Source: Thermoanaerobaculia bacterium
GTDB lineage: Bacteria > Acidobacteriota > Thermoanaerobaculia > UBA5066
Direction: 5' to 3'
Assembly (NCBI GenBank): GCA_038245905.1
Contig: JBBRRY010000003.1
Location: 1-64,000, forward strand
Length of the DNA stretch: 64,000 nt
Part shown: piece after piece, positions 29,936 to 43,603 of the stretch
How the letters are laid out: each line of letters opens with the position of its first letter
Position numbering within the stretch: position 1 is the first letter of the stretch
Translations under genes and position numbers: made by a program
Notes under the pieces: generated by a model
Databases searched by the model: none
Told to the model about the DNA's origin: nothing
Seen by the model: only the letters and a program-made list of their open reading frames with translations

Positions 29936-30948
29936 GCCATTTTTCCGTTGCCTCGAGAGAGCTCGAAGAGCTCCGACACGAGGTGGAAGACGAGCGTCTT
30001 GCGGACGGCCTCCCCGGGCCCGGCGGGAGGCACGTCGGCGAGGGTGGCCCGGATCGTGATCAAGGAGCCCCCGGAGGCCGCCTCCACGCGTTCCTCCCGG
30101 CTCGTCACGAGGATGAGCGGCAGCGCCTCGTGGCCCAGGCGCTCCCGGGCTTCCTCCGGAGCCACCGGGCTTCGGTGAAAGACGGAGAGCGTCGCCGGCT
30201 CCGGAGCCTTCGCGAGTTGCTCTCCCGGCAGCGGGATTCCCCCGAGCTCCAGCGCGAAAATCTTCTCGATCGCGGCGCGCTCCGAGGCGGGGAGCGGATA
30301 CTCGAGCCGGCTCCAGGCATCGAGGATCGTCATGCGCCCCGAGCGCCAGAAGAGGACGCGGTCGTCGAGGACCCGGAGCGCGAATGCCTCCTCTTCCTCG
30401 TGCTCAAGGTGGCCATCGGGCCGGATTCCGGGGAAGCGGATCATTTCCCTTTCCTCTCCGCGTGCGTCGCAGGAGATCCCCGTGCGGCCGTCTTCGTGGA
30501 CTCTCGACGAAAGATCGCCAAGCGCCGTCGGAATGGCCCGTGCGGGCGCGTCGAGCGGAAGGAGCACCGGCAGCGGGAACCCCGCGTCCGCGAAAATGCG
30601 CCGGCCATCGATCGTCGCGATCACCGCCCGATGGGCGGATTCGCCCTCGCCCCACGGCCGCCTGCATTCACCCGTTGCCGTTGCCACCTCGAATCCGCAT
30701 TCCGCCGCCAGCCACTCGAACGCGCGGGTGCGCTCCTCCCCGACGAGGCCCCTCTCGCCCTCGAGCCATTCCGCGAAAAACGCCTCCGCGTCGAAGGCTC
30801 CGGGGTCTCCCGCCGCGCGCGTCAGCGTCTCGCACGCGATGCGGCGCTGGAAACGGAGGAAAAGATCCTCAAAAGAGCGAGCGCTCACCGCCTGTTTTTC
30901 CAGAGAAAGCGCTTCGAGGACTGCCTCGGCGCGGGTCGCGTCGGTCAT
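29932..30948 (-). CDS. Arylamine N-acetyltransferase-like protein lacking the catalytic Cys
   Basis: IACETL (vs PFENL), RGLVGEE (vs RGGxC.E), H....TIDGRR..ADAGF. Confidence 0.6.
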   Translation of the reverse strand: MTDATRAEAVLEALSLEKQAVSARSFEDLFLRFQRRIACETLTRAAGDPGAFDAEAFFAEWLEGERGLVGEERTRAFEWLAAECGFEVATATGECRRPWGEGESAHRAVIATIDGRRIFADAGFPLPVLLPLDAPARAIPTALGDLSSRVHEDGRTGISCDARGEEREMIRFPGIRPDGHLEHEEEEAFALRVLDDRVLFWRSGRMTILDAWSRLEYPLPASERAAIEKIFALELGGIPLPGEQLAKAPEPATLSVFHRSPVAPEEARERLGHEALPLILVTSREERVEAASGGSLITIRATLADVPPAGPGEAVRKTLVFHLVSELFELSRGNGKMA

Positions 30949-30964
30949 GCGAAAAGCGCCCGGA

Positions 30965-31771
30965 TCAGGAACCGTGGTGGAGGGCGGAGGCGAGGCCGCG
31001 CTGGCCGATCTCGGAGAACCAGGAGTCGACGAACGCCTTCCGCGCGTCGGGCTGAACGTCCATCGCACGGTCGTACGCGGAACCCCTGAGGTCGCGCTTG
31101 ATGGCCGCGTACACTTCGCTCGACGCGCCGCCGAGCTGCTCGGCAAACGTGATCGCCTCTTCGAGGAGCCGGTCCGGCGACACGATCCGGTCGATCGCGC
31201 CGAGCGTGTGCGCTTCCTCGAACGGCATCGTTTCCCCGAGAAGGGCCCAGCGCGTGAGCGCCTGTTCTCCGACCGTCGTGCGCAGCGCCTCGACGTAGTG
31301 CCTGGGGACGTGGATGCCGAGCCGGACCTCGGGGAGGCCGATCGTGCCCGGCCCCGCGGCCGCGAAGCGGAAGTCCGCGGTGCCCGCGAGCAGCGCTCCT
31401 CCGGCGACGGCGTGCCCCGTCAGCGCGGCGACGAGGGGTTTCCCGAGCAGGAAGAGGTCGAAGAAGAGCGCGTCGAACACGCGCGTGAATCGGCCGAAAT
31501 CCTCGGGGCTGGCATGTGCGAGCTTTCTCAGGTCGAACCCCCCGCAGAAAATTTTCGGGGAGCGCGACGTCAGGACGACGCCGCGGACGGCCGGGTCCTC
31601 CTGGGCCTCCCGCGCGGCCTGGTGCAGGGTGGACGCGAACTCGGTCGACAGGGCGTTCGCCTTGCCTCGAGCCAGCGCGAGGATCCGGATGCCGCCCCGG
31701 TCTTCCACGAGAAGGTCGTTCGGGGCGTCGACGGTGACGGCAGCAACGGCGTTGACGGCGTTCGAGCTCAT
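30965..31771 (-). CDS. Enoyl-CoA hydratase/isomerase family protein
   Basis: KANAL, FCGGFDL, GHAVAGG, GLPEV.LG. Confidence 0.9.
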   Translation of the reverse strand: MSSNAVNAVAAVTVDAPNDLLVEDRGGIRILALARGKANALSTEFASTLHQAAREAQEDPAVRGVVLTSRSPKIFCGGFDLRKLAHASPEDFGRFTRVFDALFFDLFLLGKPLVAALTGHAVAGGALLAGTADFRFAAAGPGTIGLPEVRLGIHVPRHYVEALRTTVGEQALTRWALLGETMPFEEAHTLGAIDRIVSPDRLLEEAITFAEQLGGASSEVYAAIKRDLRGSAYDRAMDVQPDARKAFVDSWFSEIGQRGLASALHHGS

Positions 31772-31784
31772 GCCAGTAATTTTC

Positions 31785-32363
31785 TCACGCGGAGACCCGC
31801 CCCGAGAGAAACACCGTGAGGACCCGGAGGTCCCTTGTCAGCTCGGGATGGAACGTCGCCGCCATGACATTGCCCCTCCTGACGAGCACGGGGTCGCCGT
31901 CCCGCCGGGCGAGCACCTCCACGGTGGGATCGACGCCGGAGATCCTCGGAGCGCGGATGAAGACGGCTTCGAGCGGCTCCTCGCCGAGGACGGCGCTCGC
32001 GAGGTCCGTGAGCCGCACGACCGCAGAATCCAGCTGCCGGCCGTAGGCGTTCCGGACGACGGTCATCGGGAGGAGGCCGAAGCCCCGCGCCCGCGGCCCC
32101 TCCACGTCCCGGGCCATGAGAATCGCGCCCGCGCAGGTGCCGAGGATCGGATCACCGCGGCTCGCGAGGACGCGGATCGCGTCCTCGATCCCGGTCCCTT
32201 CCATGAGCAGGCGCAGCGTCGTCGACTCGCCGCCGGGAAGCACGAGTCCCGTCGACGCGAGGATTTCGTCCCTCGAACGCACGTCGCGCGCTTCGGCTCC
32301 CGCGCGCTGGAGCGCGTTCCGGTGGGCTGCGAAGTCGCCCTGAAGGGCGAGGACGCCGATCAA
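31785..32363 (-). CDS. pdxT: PLP synthase glutaminase subunit
   Basis: GVLALQG, PGGEST, GTCAG, RNAYGRQ, FIRAP, FHPE. Confidence 0.97.
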   Translation of the reverse strand: MIGVLALQGDFAAHRNALQRAGAEARDVRSRDEILASTGLVLPGGESTTLRLLMEGTGIEDAIRVLASRGDPILGTCAGAILMARDVEGPRARGFGLLPMTVVRNAYGRQLDSAVVRLTDLASAVLGEEPLEAVFIRAPRISGVDPTVEVLARRDGDPVLVRRGNVMAATFHPELTRDLRVLTVFLSGRVSA

Positions 32364-32367
32364 GAAC

Positions 32368-33285
32368 CTACCAACCGCGGGTCTGGAGAAGCTCGGCCTC
32401 GCTCAGCTTCGCGGCCTCGATGCCCTTCATGCCCTCGCCGAGACCCTCCGAAGCCTTCGCGATCCGCGCCGGATCCTGGAAATGCGTCGTCGCTTCCACG
32501 ATCGCGCGCGCGCGCTTGGCCGGGTCCGACGACTTGAAGATGCCGGAGCCGACGAAGACCGCCTCGGCCCCGAGCATGCGGCAGAGGGCCGCGTCGGCGG
32601 GCGTCGCGACGCCTCCCGCGGCGAAGTTCGGGACCGGGAGGCGGCCGTTCTCCGCGACCCAGACGACGAGCTCGAACGGGGCTCCGAGGTTCTTGGCGGC
32701 GGTCATCCACTCGTCTTTCGTCAGGAGAGTCAGCGCCTTCATCTGCCGCGTGACCTCGCGCAGGTGCCGGACCGCGTGGACGATGTCGCCCGTGCCCGCC
32801 TCGCCTTTCGTGCGGATCATCGCGGCCCCTTCGCCGATTCGACGGAGCGCCTCGCCGAGGTTGCGGCAGCCGCACACGAAAGGCACCTTGAAGTCGTGCT
32901 TGTAGACGTGGTTCTCCTCGTCGGCGGGGGTCAGCACTTCCGATTCGTCGATGAAGTCCACCGCGAGCGCCTCCAGGATCCGCGCCTCCGCGAGGTGGCC
33001 GATGCGGCACTTCGCCATCACGGGGATCGACACGGCCGCCTGGATCTCGTGGATCTTCGAGACCGGCGACATGCGCGCAACGCCACCGTCCCGGCGGATG
33101 TCCGACGGCACACGCTCGAGCGCCATGACGGCGACGGCGCCGGCGTCCTCGGCGATCTTCGCCTGGTCGGCGTCGACGACGTCCATGATGACGCCGCCCT
33201 TGAGCATTTCGGCGAGTCCGACTTTCACGCGGAAGGCGTCCGTCGTGAACGGTGAAGAGAATCCAGGGTCGTTCGGTGTCGTCAT
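32368..33285 (-). CDS. pdxS: PLP synthase lyase subunit
   Basis: [41 protein letters not shown]. Confidence 0.98.
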   Translation of the reverse strand: MTTPNDPGFSSPFTTDAFRVKVGLAEMLKGGVIMDVVDADQAKIAEDAGAVAVMALERVPSDIRRDGGVARMSPVSKIHEIQAAVSIPVMAKCRIGHLAEARILEALAVDFIDESEVLTPADEENHVYKHDFKVPFVCGCRNLGEALRRIGEGAAMIRTKGEAGTGDIVHAVRHLREVTRQMKALTLLTKDEWMTAAKNLGAPFELVVWVAENGRLPVPNFAAGGVATPADAALCRMLGAEAVFVGSGIFKSSDPAKRARAIVEATTHFQDPARIAKASEGLGEGMKGIEAAKLSEAELLQTRGW

Positions 33286-33331
33286 GTTGAGAGCCTTTCG
33301 GGGATTTCAGTATCCCCTCCCGAAGAATCAT

Positions 33332-34852
33332 CTAAATTTGGATCAGCGCGGCCTCGGCCGCATCCCGGATTCCCTTCGCCGGAGTCCTCCGCCGCCGGGC
33401 AGCCTGCCGGGCCAGGTCCCGCGCCACCGCGCCCGCGATCTCGAGGGCCTTCTCGAGGTCCGACGCGGACCCGCGCGCGACGGAAATCCGGATCGCGGGA
33501 ACGTCCGCCTGATCGGGCTGGAAGTCGGCGCCCGCCGAGAGGAGCACTCCCTTCTCCCGCGCGGCCGCCACGAGAGCGCGGCCCGAGACGCCGGGAGGAA
33601 GCTCCGCCCAGAGGACGTACCCGCCGGAGGGCCGCTCGACGCGCGTTCCGATCGGAAAGCGGCTCAGGATCGTGCGATGCGCGAGGGCGAGGCGGTTCTT
33701 CAACCGGCTCCGCATGCGCACGAGATGCCGTTCGTAGTCTCCTCGGACGAGGAAGAGGTTCAGGGCCGCCTGCAGAACGGGCGGAGAGGTCAGCTCACCG
33801 ACGCGCTTGAGCGCCGCGAGCCGGTGCACGAATTCCCTTGGCCCTGCGATCCAGCCGACGCGCACGCCCGGGAAGAGCGCCTTCGAAATCGTGCCGAGGT
33901 GAATCACGTGCTCCGGCGCGAGAGCCGCGAACGGCGGGGGTAGCTCGCCTTCGACGAGGAGGTCTGCGTCAAACGCGTCCTCGACGAGAAGGACGCCCGC
34001 CGCCGCCGCGATCCGCGCAATTTCCGCCCGGCGCGACGGGGAAGACAGGAGCCCCGTCGGATTCTGGAAGTCGGGAATCGTGTAGACAAACTTGGGCCTC
34101 TCGAGGAGCGCACGCTCGAGGGCTGCGGGCACGATGCCGTCGCCGTCGAGCGGCACGCCGAAGAGCCGCGCCCGATGCGCGCGCAGGAGTGAGAGCGCCC
34201 CCGCGTACGACGGCGTCTCGACAACGACGACATCGCCCGGGTCCACGAGGGCCCGGGTGATGAGGTCGAGGCCCTGCTGCGCCCCGTTCACGATGAGAAG
34301 CGCATCCGGGTCGGCCGGGATCCCGCGCTTCACGAGGCGCCCGGCGAGCGTCTCGCGGAGAGGCCGGTAGCCGAAGGGGGACCCGTACGCGAGAAGCGAT
34401 CCGTCGCGCGCCACGTCCGCGAGGAGCGCTGCGAACGCCGCGGCCGGAAAGTCCCGCTCGTCCGGCGCGAGGCGCGAGAGGTCGTACGGCACAGAGGCGG
34501 GCTCGAGGGCCGGGGGCTCGGCGAGGATGCGCGAGAGGAGCGCCGACGCGATCCGGTCCCACGCGGGTGCGGGGCCGAGGACGGGCCCGGTGCTCGAACG
34601 GCGCGCCACGCGCGTGCCTCCGCCCTTGTTCGTCTCGATCCAACCCTCGCGCTTCAGGATCTGGAGGGCCTGATGAACGGTGGCCCGGTTCACCTCCAGC
34701 ACCCGGGCGAGGTCGCGCGACGCGGGCAGCCGCTCTCCCTCGACGTGCCGGCCCCGGCGGATGTCGCGAATGATCGCGTCCGCGATCGTGCGATAGAGCG
34801 GCACGCGGGACGGCGCCCGGGGCTCGGGAGCGTTTGTCGACATCCCGGTCAT
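33332..34852 (-). CDS. MocR/GabR-type PLP-dependent GntR regulator (probable PdxR)
   Basis: GntR wHTH (LPASRDLA..L.VNR.TV) plus aminotransferase domain with SK..FPG.RVGW; directly upstream of pdxST. Confidence 0.9.
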   Translation of the reverse strand: MTGMSTNAPEPRAPSRVPLYRTIADAIIRDIRRGRHVEGERLPASRDLARVLEVNRATVHQALQILKREGWIETNKGGGTRVARRSSTGPVLGPAPAWDRIASALLSRILAEPPALEPASVPYDLSRLAPDERDFPAAAFAALLADVARDGSLLAYGSPFGYRPLRETLAGRLVKRGIPADPDALLIVNGAQQGLDLITRALVDPGDVVVVETPSYAGALSLLRAHRARLFGVPLDGDGIVPAALERALLERPKFVYTIPDFQNPTGLLSSPSRRAEIARIAAAAGVLLVEDAFDADLLVEGELPPPFAALAPEHVIHLGTISKALFPGVRVGWIAGPREFVHRLAALKRVGELTSPPVLQAALNLFLVRGDYERHLVRMRSRLKNRLALAHRTILSRFPIGTRVERPSGGYVLWAELPPGVSGRALVAAAREKGVLLSAGADFQPDQADVPAIRISVARGSASDLEKALEIAGAVARDLARQAARRRRTPAKGIRDAAEAALIQI

Positions 34853-34860
34853 ATTCGGCC

Positions 34861-34906
34861 TTGGCCTAGACCAACGTCAACGCTGATGGGTCCAACGCCC
34901 AACCAA
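34861..34906 (-). promoter_or_regulatory. Candidate MocR/PdxR operator and promoter
   Basis: Near-palindrome TTGGCCTAGACCAA (34861-74); second TTGG(A/T)C copy 21 bp away; TTGACG -35 between the copies. Confidence 0.6.
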
Positions 34907-34956
34907 GCGATCGCCGACTCCGACCGCGCTTCGTCGGGTCGGCGCCGACACCGCCT

Positions 34957-35238
34957 CTATTCGCCGTGCGACACGAGGGTCGCGTAGGCGCGCTCCATCT
35001 CCTCGGCGTAGAGGAGATCCCATTCGCGCGACCCCTCGACGACGCGGCGTGCTTTGCCGAGGAGCTTCTTCTCAGTCTCTTTCGCGAGGCGCTCATTCTC
35101 CTTGTCCCACGCGAGAAGCGCTTGGAGCACCCGGTTGCGGACGAACTCGCGCTCGCCAGCGAGCGCGACCCCCGGCGTTCTTTGGAGCCGCTCGACCATG
35201 CGGTGGGAGATGTCGACGGCGCGCTCGCGCGAGATCAA
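34957..35238 (-). CDS. DUF507 family protein
   Basis: SRER...ISH..V..L...EGSREWD.LY.EE pattern; TTG start with GAGG RBS. Confidence 0.75.
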   Translation of the reverse strand: MISRERAVDISHRMVERLQRTPGVALAGEREFVRNRVLQALLAWDKENERLAKETEKKLLGKARRVVEGSREWDLLYAEEMERAYATLVSHGE

Positions 35239-35248
35239 CTTAACCGCC

Positions 35249-35902
35249 TCAATGGATTCTCCGCGGGCCGTCCGACGGCCCGCTCCTAAGCGCGGCGACG
35301 CCCCGCGCCGTGAGGGGATGATCGAATAGTCTATCCAGCACGGCGAATGGGAGCGTCGCGACATCCGCTCCAAGGGCCGCCGCATCCAGGACGTGAATGG
35401 GGTTCTGGATTCCCTGCACAGAGATCTGGGTCTCGAGGCCGTAGTTGTCGAAGACGCGCACGATGGATTCGACGACGTCCATGCCGATCTGGCCGGCGTC
35501 GTCGAGCTCGCCGACGGACGGCGAGACATAGGCGCTGCCCGAACGCGCGGCGAGAAGGGCCTGCGTCGCCGTGAAAACGAGCCCCACGTCCGTGGAAATT
35601 TGCTCGTCGCCCAGGAGACGCACGACGCGGAGCCCCTCCCGGGTCATCGGGACGCGCAGGACGACGTTCTTGCCGTGTTTGTGAAGTTCGCGGGCCTCTT
35701 TGTACATGGCCTTCGGGTCGCCGGCCGCGAGCGTCGCGACGACTGGACCGTCTCCCACCTGCGCGAGATCCGCGAGGACGCGGCGCGCGTCGCGGCCCTT
35801 CATCTCCGCGGACTCGGGCCTGAGCAGGATCCCGTCCAGAAGGCCCCAGTCGCGGACTCGGCGAGCCTCTTCGGGGTCGGCGGTGTCGAGAAAAAAACGC
35901 AT
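35249..35902 (-). CDS. Transaldolase/FSA-fold protein with degenerate active site
   Basis: MRFFLDTA, LVF..QALLAA..G..YVSP, HV..AA..GAD.AT.P, HPLT retained; catalytic K replaced by R. Confidence 0.85.
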   Translation of the reverse strand: MRFFLDTADPEEARRVRDWGLLDGILLRPESAEMKGRDARRVLADLAQVGDGPVVATLAAGDPKAMYKEARELHKHGKNVVLRVPMTREGLRVVRLLGDEQISTDVGLVFTATQALLAARSGSAYVSPSVGELDDAGQIGMDVVESIVRVFDNYGLETQISVQGIQNPIHVLDAAALGADVATLPFAVLDRLFDHPLTARGVAALRSGPSDGPRRIH

Positions 35903-35915
35903 TGGACCGCGGAGT

Positions 35916-38513
35916 CTACTCGCCTGCTCCGGCCGAACCGGGCGCATCGCCCTCGGGCTCCTCGTCCTTGTCCCCGATGTTCGCGAGCTTGGCGACCGCG
36001 ACCACGCGGTCTCCGTCCGCGAGGTCGATGAGTTTGACGCCCATCGCCGCGCGACCCGTTTCCCTTACGTCCGCGACCGCGAGGCGAATGATGATTCCCT
36101 GTTCCGTGATCACGAGAAGATGATCGGTCTCCGTCACGGACGAGATCCCGACGACCGGGCCGTTCTTCTCGCTGACGCGCACGTTGATGACACCGGACCC
36201 GCCCCGCGTCTGGTGGCGGTATTCGGCGACATCCGTCCGCTTGCCGTATCCCTTCTCGGTGACCGCGAGGAGCGTTCCCGTCTCTTCGACTAGGTCCATC
36301 TCGACGACGACATCATCGCCCTTGAGCTCGATGCCCTTGACCCCCGTCGTGTCGCGGCCCATCGCTCGCGTGTCCGTCTCGGAGAACTTGATTCCCATCC
36401 CGAGGCGCGTGCCGAGAAAGACCTGCCGGGTCCCGTCCGTGATCTGCGCCGAGAGCAGCTCGTCTCCGTCCTCGAGCTTGATCGCGATGATGCCCTTCTC
36501 GCGCGGATTTCCGTACGCCGAGAGCACCGTCTTCTTGACGAGTCCGCGCTTCGTCGCGAACAGGAGGTATCGGTCGTCGGGGAACGTCCGCGTCGTCGTC
36601 ATCGCGGCCATGCGCTCGCCGTCCTCGAGCGCGAGAAGGTTCACGAGCGCCTTCCCGCGCGTCGCGGGCCCGCCGGAGGGCACGTCGTAGAGCTTCACCC
36701 AGTGGGCGCGGCCCTTGTTCGTGAAGGCGAGGAGGTAGTCGTGCGTCGACCCGACGAAAAGGTGCTCGACGACGTCCTCCTCTTTCGTCTGGGCTCCCAT
36801 GCGCCCCTTGCCTCCCCGCTTCTGCGCGCGGTAGACGGCGAGCGGAGTCGTCTTTGCGTAGCCCCCCCGGCTGATCGTCAGCACGACCTCCTCTTCGGCG
36901 ATGAGGTCCTCGTCGGCGAGGTCGTTAGCCGCCGCGACGATCTCGGTGCGACGCGGGCGCCCGAACGTCTCCTGGATCGCGGTGAGCTCGCCGCGGATGA
37001 TCGTGGTGACGCGCTCGCTCTTCGCGAGGATGTCCTTCAAGTCGGCAATCGTCGCGAGGACCTCCCTGTATTCCGCCACGATCTTGTCGCGCTCGAGGCC
37101 CGTCAGGCGCTGGAGGCGCATGTCGAGAATCGCCTGTGCCTGCACGGCGTCGAGTCGCAGGAGTCCGTCCTCGGTGCGCGCGGAGGCGGACACGTCGAGG
37201 GTCGCGACGCCGAGAAACTTCTCGAGCGCGGCCTTCTCGACGGTCACCTCGGCCGACAGCCGGTTCCTGGCCTCCTCGGCGTCCTTGCTGCCGCGGATGA
37301 TCGCGAGGACTCGGTCCAGGTTCGAGAGGGCGATCGCGAGCCCGAGGAGCAGGTGCGCGCGCTCCTCGGCCTTCCGGAGGTCGAAAATCGTACGGCGCAC
37401 GACGACCTGGCGGCGGTGATCGAGGAAGTGGCGGAAGAGCTCCTTGAGCGGGAGGACCCGCGGCTGCCCGTCCACGATCGCGAGCGCGTTGATCCCGAAG
37501 GAAGACTGGAGCGGGGTCGCCGAGAGGATCTGGTTCAGGACGACCTGGGCGATCGCGTCGCGCTTGACGTCCACGACCATCCGCATGCCGTCGCGGTCGG
37601 ACTCGTCGCGGATCGCCGAGATACCGTCGATCTTCTTGTCGTTGACGAGTCCGGCGATCTGCTCGATGAGCCGGGCCTTGTTGACCTGGAAGGGAAGCTC
37701 GGTCACGACGATCGACTCGCGGTCGCCTTTCTTGTTCTTCTCGATTTCCGCGCGCCCGCGCACCTGCAGGATGCCGCGGCCCGTCTTGTAGGCGTCCACG
37801 ATGCCCTGCCGGCCCAGGATGATGCCGCCCGTCGGGAAGTCCGGCCCCGGCATGACCGCGAGAAGCGCTCCCAGGTCCGCGCCGGCGTCGTCGAGGAGGA
37901 CGATCGCCGCCGCGCAGGCCTCGGCGAGGTTGTGCGGCGCGATCTTCGTCGCCATGCCGACAGCGATGCCCTCGGCTCCGTTCACGATCAGGTTCGGAAA
38001 TTTGGCGGGGAGGACCGTCGGCTCCTGCAGGGAGCCGTCGTAGTTCAGCGTCCAGTCGACCGTTTCCTTGTCGATGTCGTCGCCGAGCAGTTCTTCGGCG
38101 AGGCGCGTGAGGCGGATCTCCGTGTAGCGCATCGCGGCCGCCGAGTCGCCGTCGACCGAGCCGAAATTGCCCTGCCCGTCCACCAGGGGCTCGCTCATCG
38201 AGAAGTCTTGCGCCATCCGCACGATCGTGTCGTAGATCGCGGCGTCGCCGTGCGGGTGGTACTTGCCCATGATGTCGCCGACGAGCCGCGCCGACTTCTT
38301 GTAGGGCCGGTTGTGCCGGTTCGACTGCTCCCACATCCCGAAGAGAACCCGTCGGTGCACTGGCTTCAGTCCGTCGCGCACATCGGGCAGGGCCCGCCCG
38401 ACGATGACGGACATCGCATAGTCGAGATAGCTCCGCTTGATCTCCTCCTCGATGGAGACCGGGATTTTCTCCGTCGGGTCGATCGTGGGCGGCTTTTCGG
38501 GAGTGCTGGTCAT
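35916..38513 (-). CDS. gyrA: DNA gyrase subunit A
   Basis: [26 protein letters not shown], GyrA-box QKRGGKG. Confidence 0.98.
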   Translation of the reverse strand: MTSTPEKPPTIDPTEKIPVSIEEEIKRSYLDYAMSVIVGRALPDVRDGLKPVHRRVLFGMWEQSNRHNRPYKKSARLVGDIMGKYHPHGDAAIYDTIVRMAQDFSMSEPLVDGQGNFGSVDGDSAAAMRYTEIRLTRLAEELLGDDIDKETVDWTLNYDGSLQEPTVLPAKFPNLIVNGAEGIAVGMATKIAPHNLAEACAAAIVLLDDAGADLGALLAVMPGPDFPTGGIILGRQGIVDAYKTGRGILQVRGRAEIEKNKKGDRESIVVTELPFQVNKARLIEQIAGLVNDKKIDGISAIRDESDRDGMRMVVDVKRDAIAQVVLNQILSATPLQSSFGINALAIVDGQPRVLPLKELFRHFLDHRRQVVVRRTIFDLRKAEERAHLLLGLAIALSNLDRVLAIIRGSKDAEEARNRLSAEVTVEKAALEKFLGVATLDVSASARTEDGLLRLDAVQAQAILDMRLQRLTGLERDKIVAEYREVLATIADLKDILAKSERVTTIIRGELTAIQETFGRPRRTEIVAAANDLADEDLIAEEEVVLTISRGGYAKTTPLAVYRAQKRGGKGRMGAQTKEEDVVEHLFVGSTHDYLLAFTNKGRAHWVKLYDVPSGGPATRGKALVNLLALEDGERMAAMTTTRTFPDDRYLLFATKRGLVKKTVLSAYGNPREKGIIAIKLEDGDELLSAQITDGTRQVFLGTRLGMGIKFSETDTRAMGRDTTGVKGIELKGDDVVVEMDLVEETGTLLAVTEKGYGKRTDVAEYRHQTRGGSGVINVRVSEKNGPVVGISSVTETDHLLVITEQGIIIRLAVADVRETGRAAMGVKLIDLADGDRVVAVAKLANIGDKDEEPEGDAPGSAGAGE

Positions 38514-38514
38514 G

Positions 38515-42224
<3,710 letters not shown>

Positions 42225-42232
42225 GCGGCCGA

Positions 42233-43357
42233 CTACATCCTCATCGGCATCACGACGTAGAGGTAGCTGCGGATGCCGCCCAGCGGCTCGGCCGGGCGTC
42301 CCTGACACTGCGCCTGCTCGTCCTTCACGAAGAGGTGGACGTCCTTCGTCTCGGCCGCTTCGAGAAACTGCTCGAGATAGCGCGCGTTGAGCCGCAGCGT
42401 CACGGCGGCGTTGTCGTATGCGATGGCGATTTCCTGAGAGCCGTCGCCGACCTCCTGGCTCTCGGAGGAAACGACGAGCGCGTCCTTCTGGAAGGCGAGA
42501 CTCACGGCCTTCATCCGGTCGCCGGAGAGGAGAGAGATCCTTCTAACGGCACCGAGAAGCTCTTCGCGCGGCACGACCGCTTTCTTGTCGTTTTCCTTGC
42601 TGATGACCTTTTCGTAGTCCGGGAAACGGCGCTCGTCGAGCTTCGAGAAGAGCCTTCGGCTCCCCACCGAGAAGCCAATGTGGTTCGTTCCGCGCATGAT
42701 CGTGACGGGCGCGTCGTCGGCCGCGTCGAGCTTGCCGAGCTCGTCGAGAATCTTCTTGGAAACGAGAACGGGTTCGAACCCGGCTTCCGCCTTTGCCCCT
42801 TCGACTTCGACGAGCGCCAGCCGGTGCCCGTCCGTCGCCACCATCTCGACCGTGCCGCCCTTCGTCTTGAGGAGGGCGCCCTGAAGCTGGAGGCGCATCT
42901 CTTCGGTGGAGACGGCGAATCGCACCTTGTCGACCATCCGGCGCAAGGCCCCGAACGAAAGCGTGAGCGTGGGTCCGCCGGCCGGTTCGGGGCGCGTTGG
43001 ATAGTCTCCCGCTGGCAGTCCGTTCAGCCTGATCCTGAGCTTCGGCTCCTTGCACTCGAGGGAAACATGGTTGTTCTCGAGCACCTTGAGCCTGATTTCC
43101 GCATTTGGCGGCAATTCCCGCACGACGTCATAGAGCCGGCGTGCGGGGGCGGTGACCGCGCCCGCGCTCTTCAACGTGACCGGAGATATTTCGGACACGA
43201 GGGTCGTGTCGAGATCCGTTGCCGTGAGAGTAAGTACCCCGCCCTTGGCCTCGAGCAGGACATTCGTGAGGATTTGATGCGTTGTCCGCTTTTCGACGAC
43301 GCCCTGAATCAGGCTCAGTTCACGAGCCAGTATCGAAGCCGGAAGTGTCAGCTCCAC
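42233..43357 (-). CDS. dnaN: DNA polymerase III beta clamp
   Basis: ATDL, VATDGHRL, FPDY, YVVMPMR; AAGGAG RBS. Confidence 0.97.
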   Translation of the reverse strand: MELTLPASILARELSLIQGVVEKRTTHQILTNVLLEAKGGVLTLTATDLDTTLVSEISPVTLKSAGAVTAPARRLYDVVRELPPNAEIRLKVLENNHVSLECKEPKLRIRLNGLPAGDYPTRPEPAGGPTLTLSFGALRRMVDKVRFAVSTEEMRLQLQGALLKTKGGTVEMVATDGHRLALVEVEGAKAEAGFEPVLVSKKILDELGKLDAADDAPVTIMRGTNHIGFSVGSRRLFSKLDERRFPDYEKVISKENDKKAVVPREELLGAVRRISLLSGDRMKAVSLAFQKDALVVSSESQEVGDGSQEIAIAYDNAAVTLRLNARYLEQFLEAAETKDVHLFVKDEQAQCQGRPAEPLGGIRSYLYVVMPMRM

Positions 43358-43603
43358 GACGTCTCCTTTATCTCTTGAATCTTATCATTTACAGGTATTC
43401 AAAAGAAGTAGAAGTAGTAGGGAGAACAAAAAAGTGCGATAGGAGATAAATAACTCATAAACAATCATTTAGAGCCAGCACCAAGTTGTGGAACTCTCTC
43501 CGGCGATCTGTGAAAAGGAGGGCGGCCCGTCGGGACGTAAGGCGACTTTTCCTACGGTGGCGGCGAAGGCTTTCCCGGTTGGGCGGAAAAGGGGTGGAAA
43601 ACG
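43358..43603. other. Chromosomal replication origin oriC
   Basis: AT-rich stretch between dnaA and dnaN; DnaA-trio array AAG AAG TAG AAG TAG TAG (43403-43420); degenerate DnaA boxes at 43487, 43509 and 43593; gene strand bias switches nearby. Confidence 0.85.

Noticed and set aside
42770-42783. tRNA T-arm-like GGTTCGAACCC
   Set aside because: Lies inside dnaN and no cloverleaf forms around it
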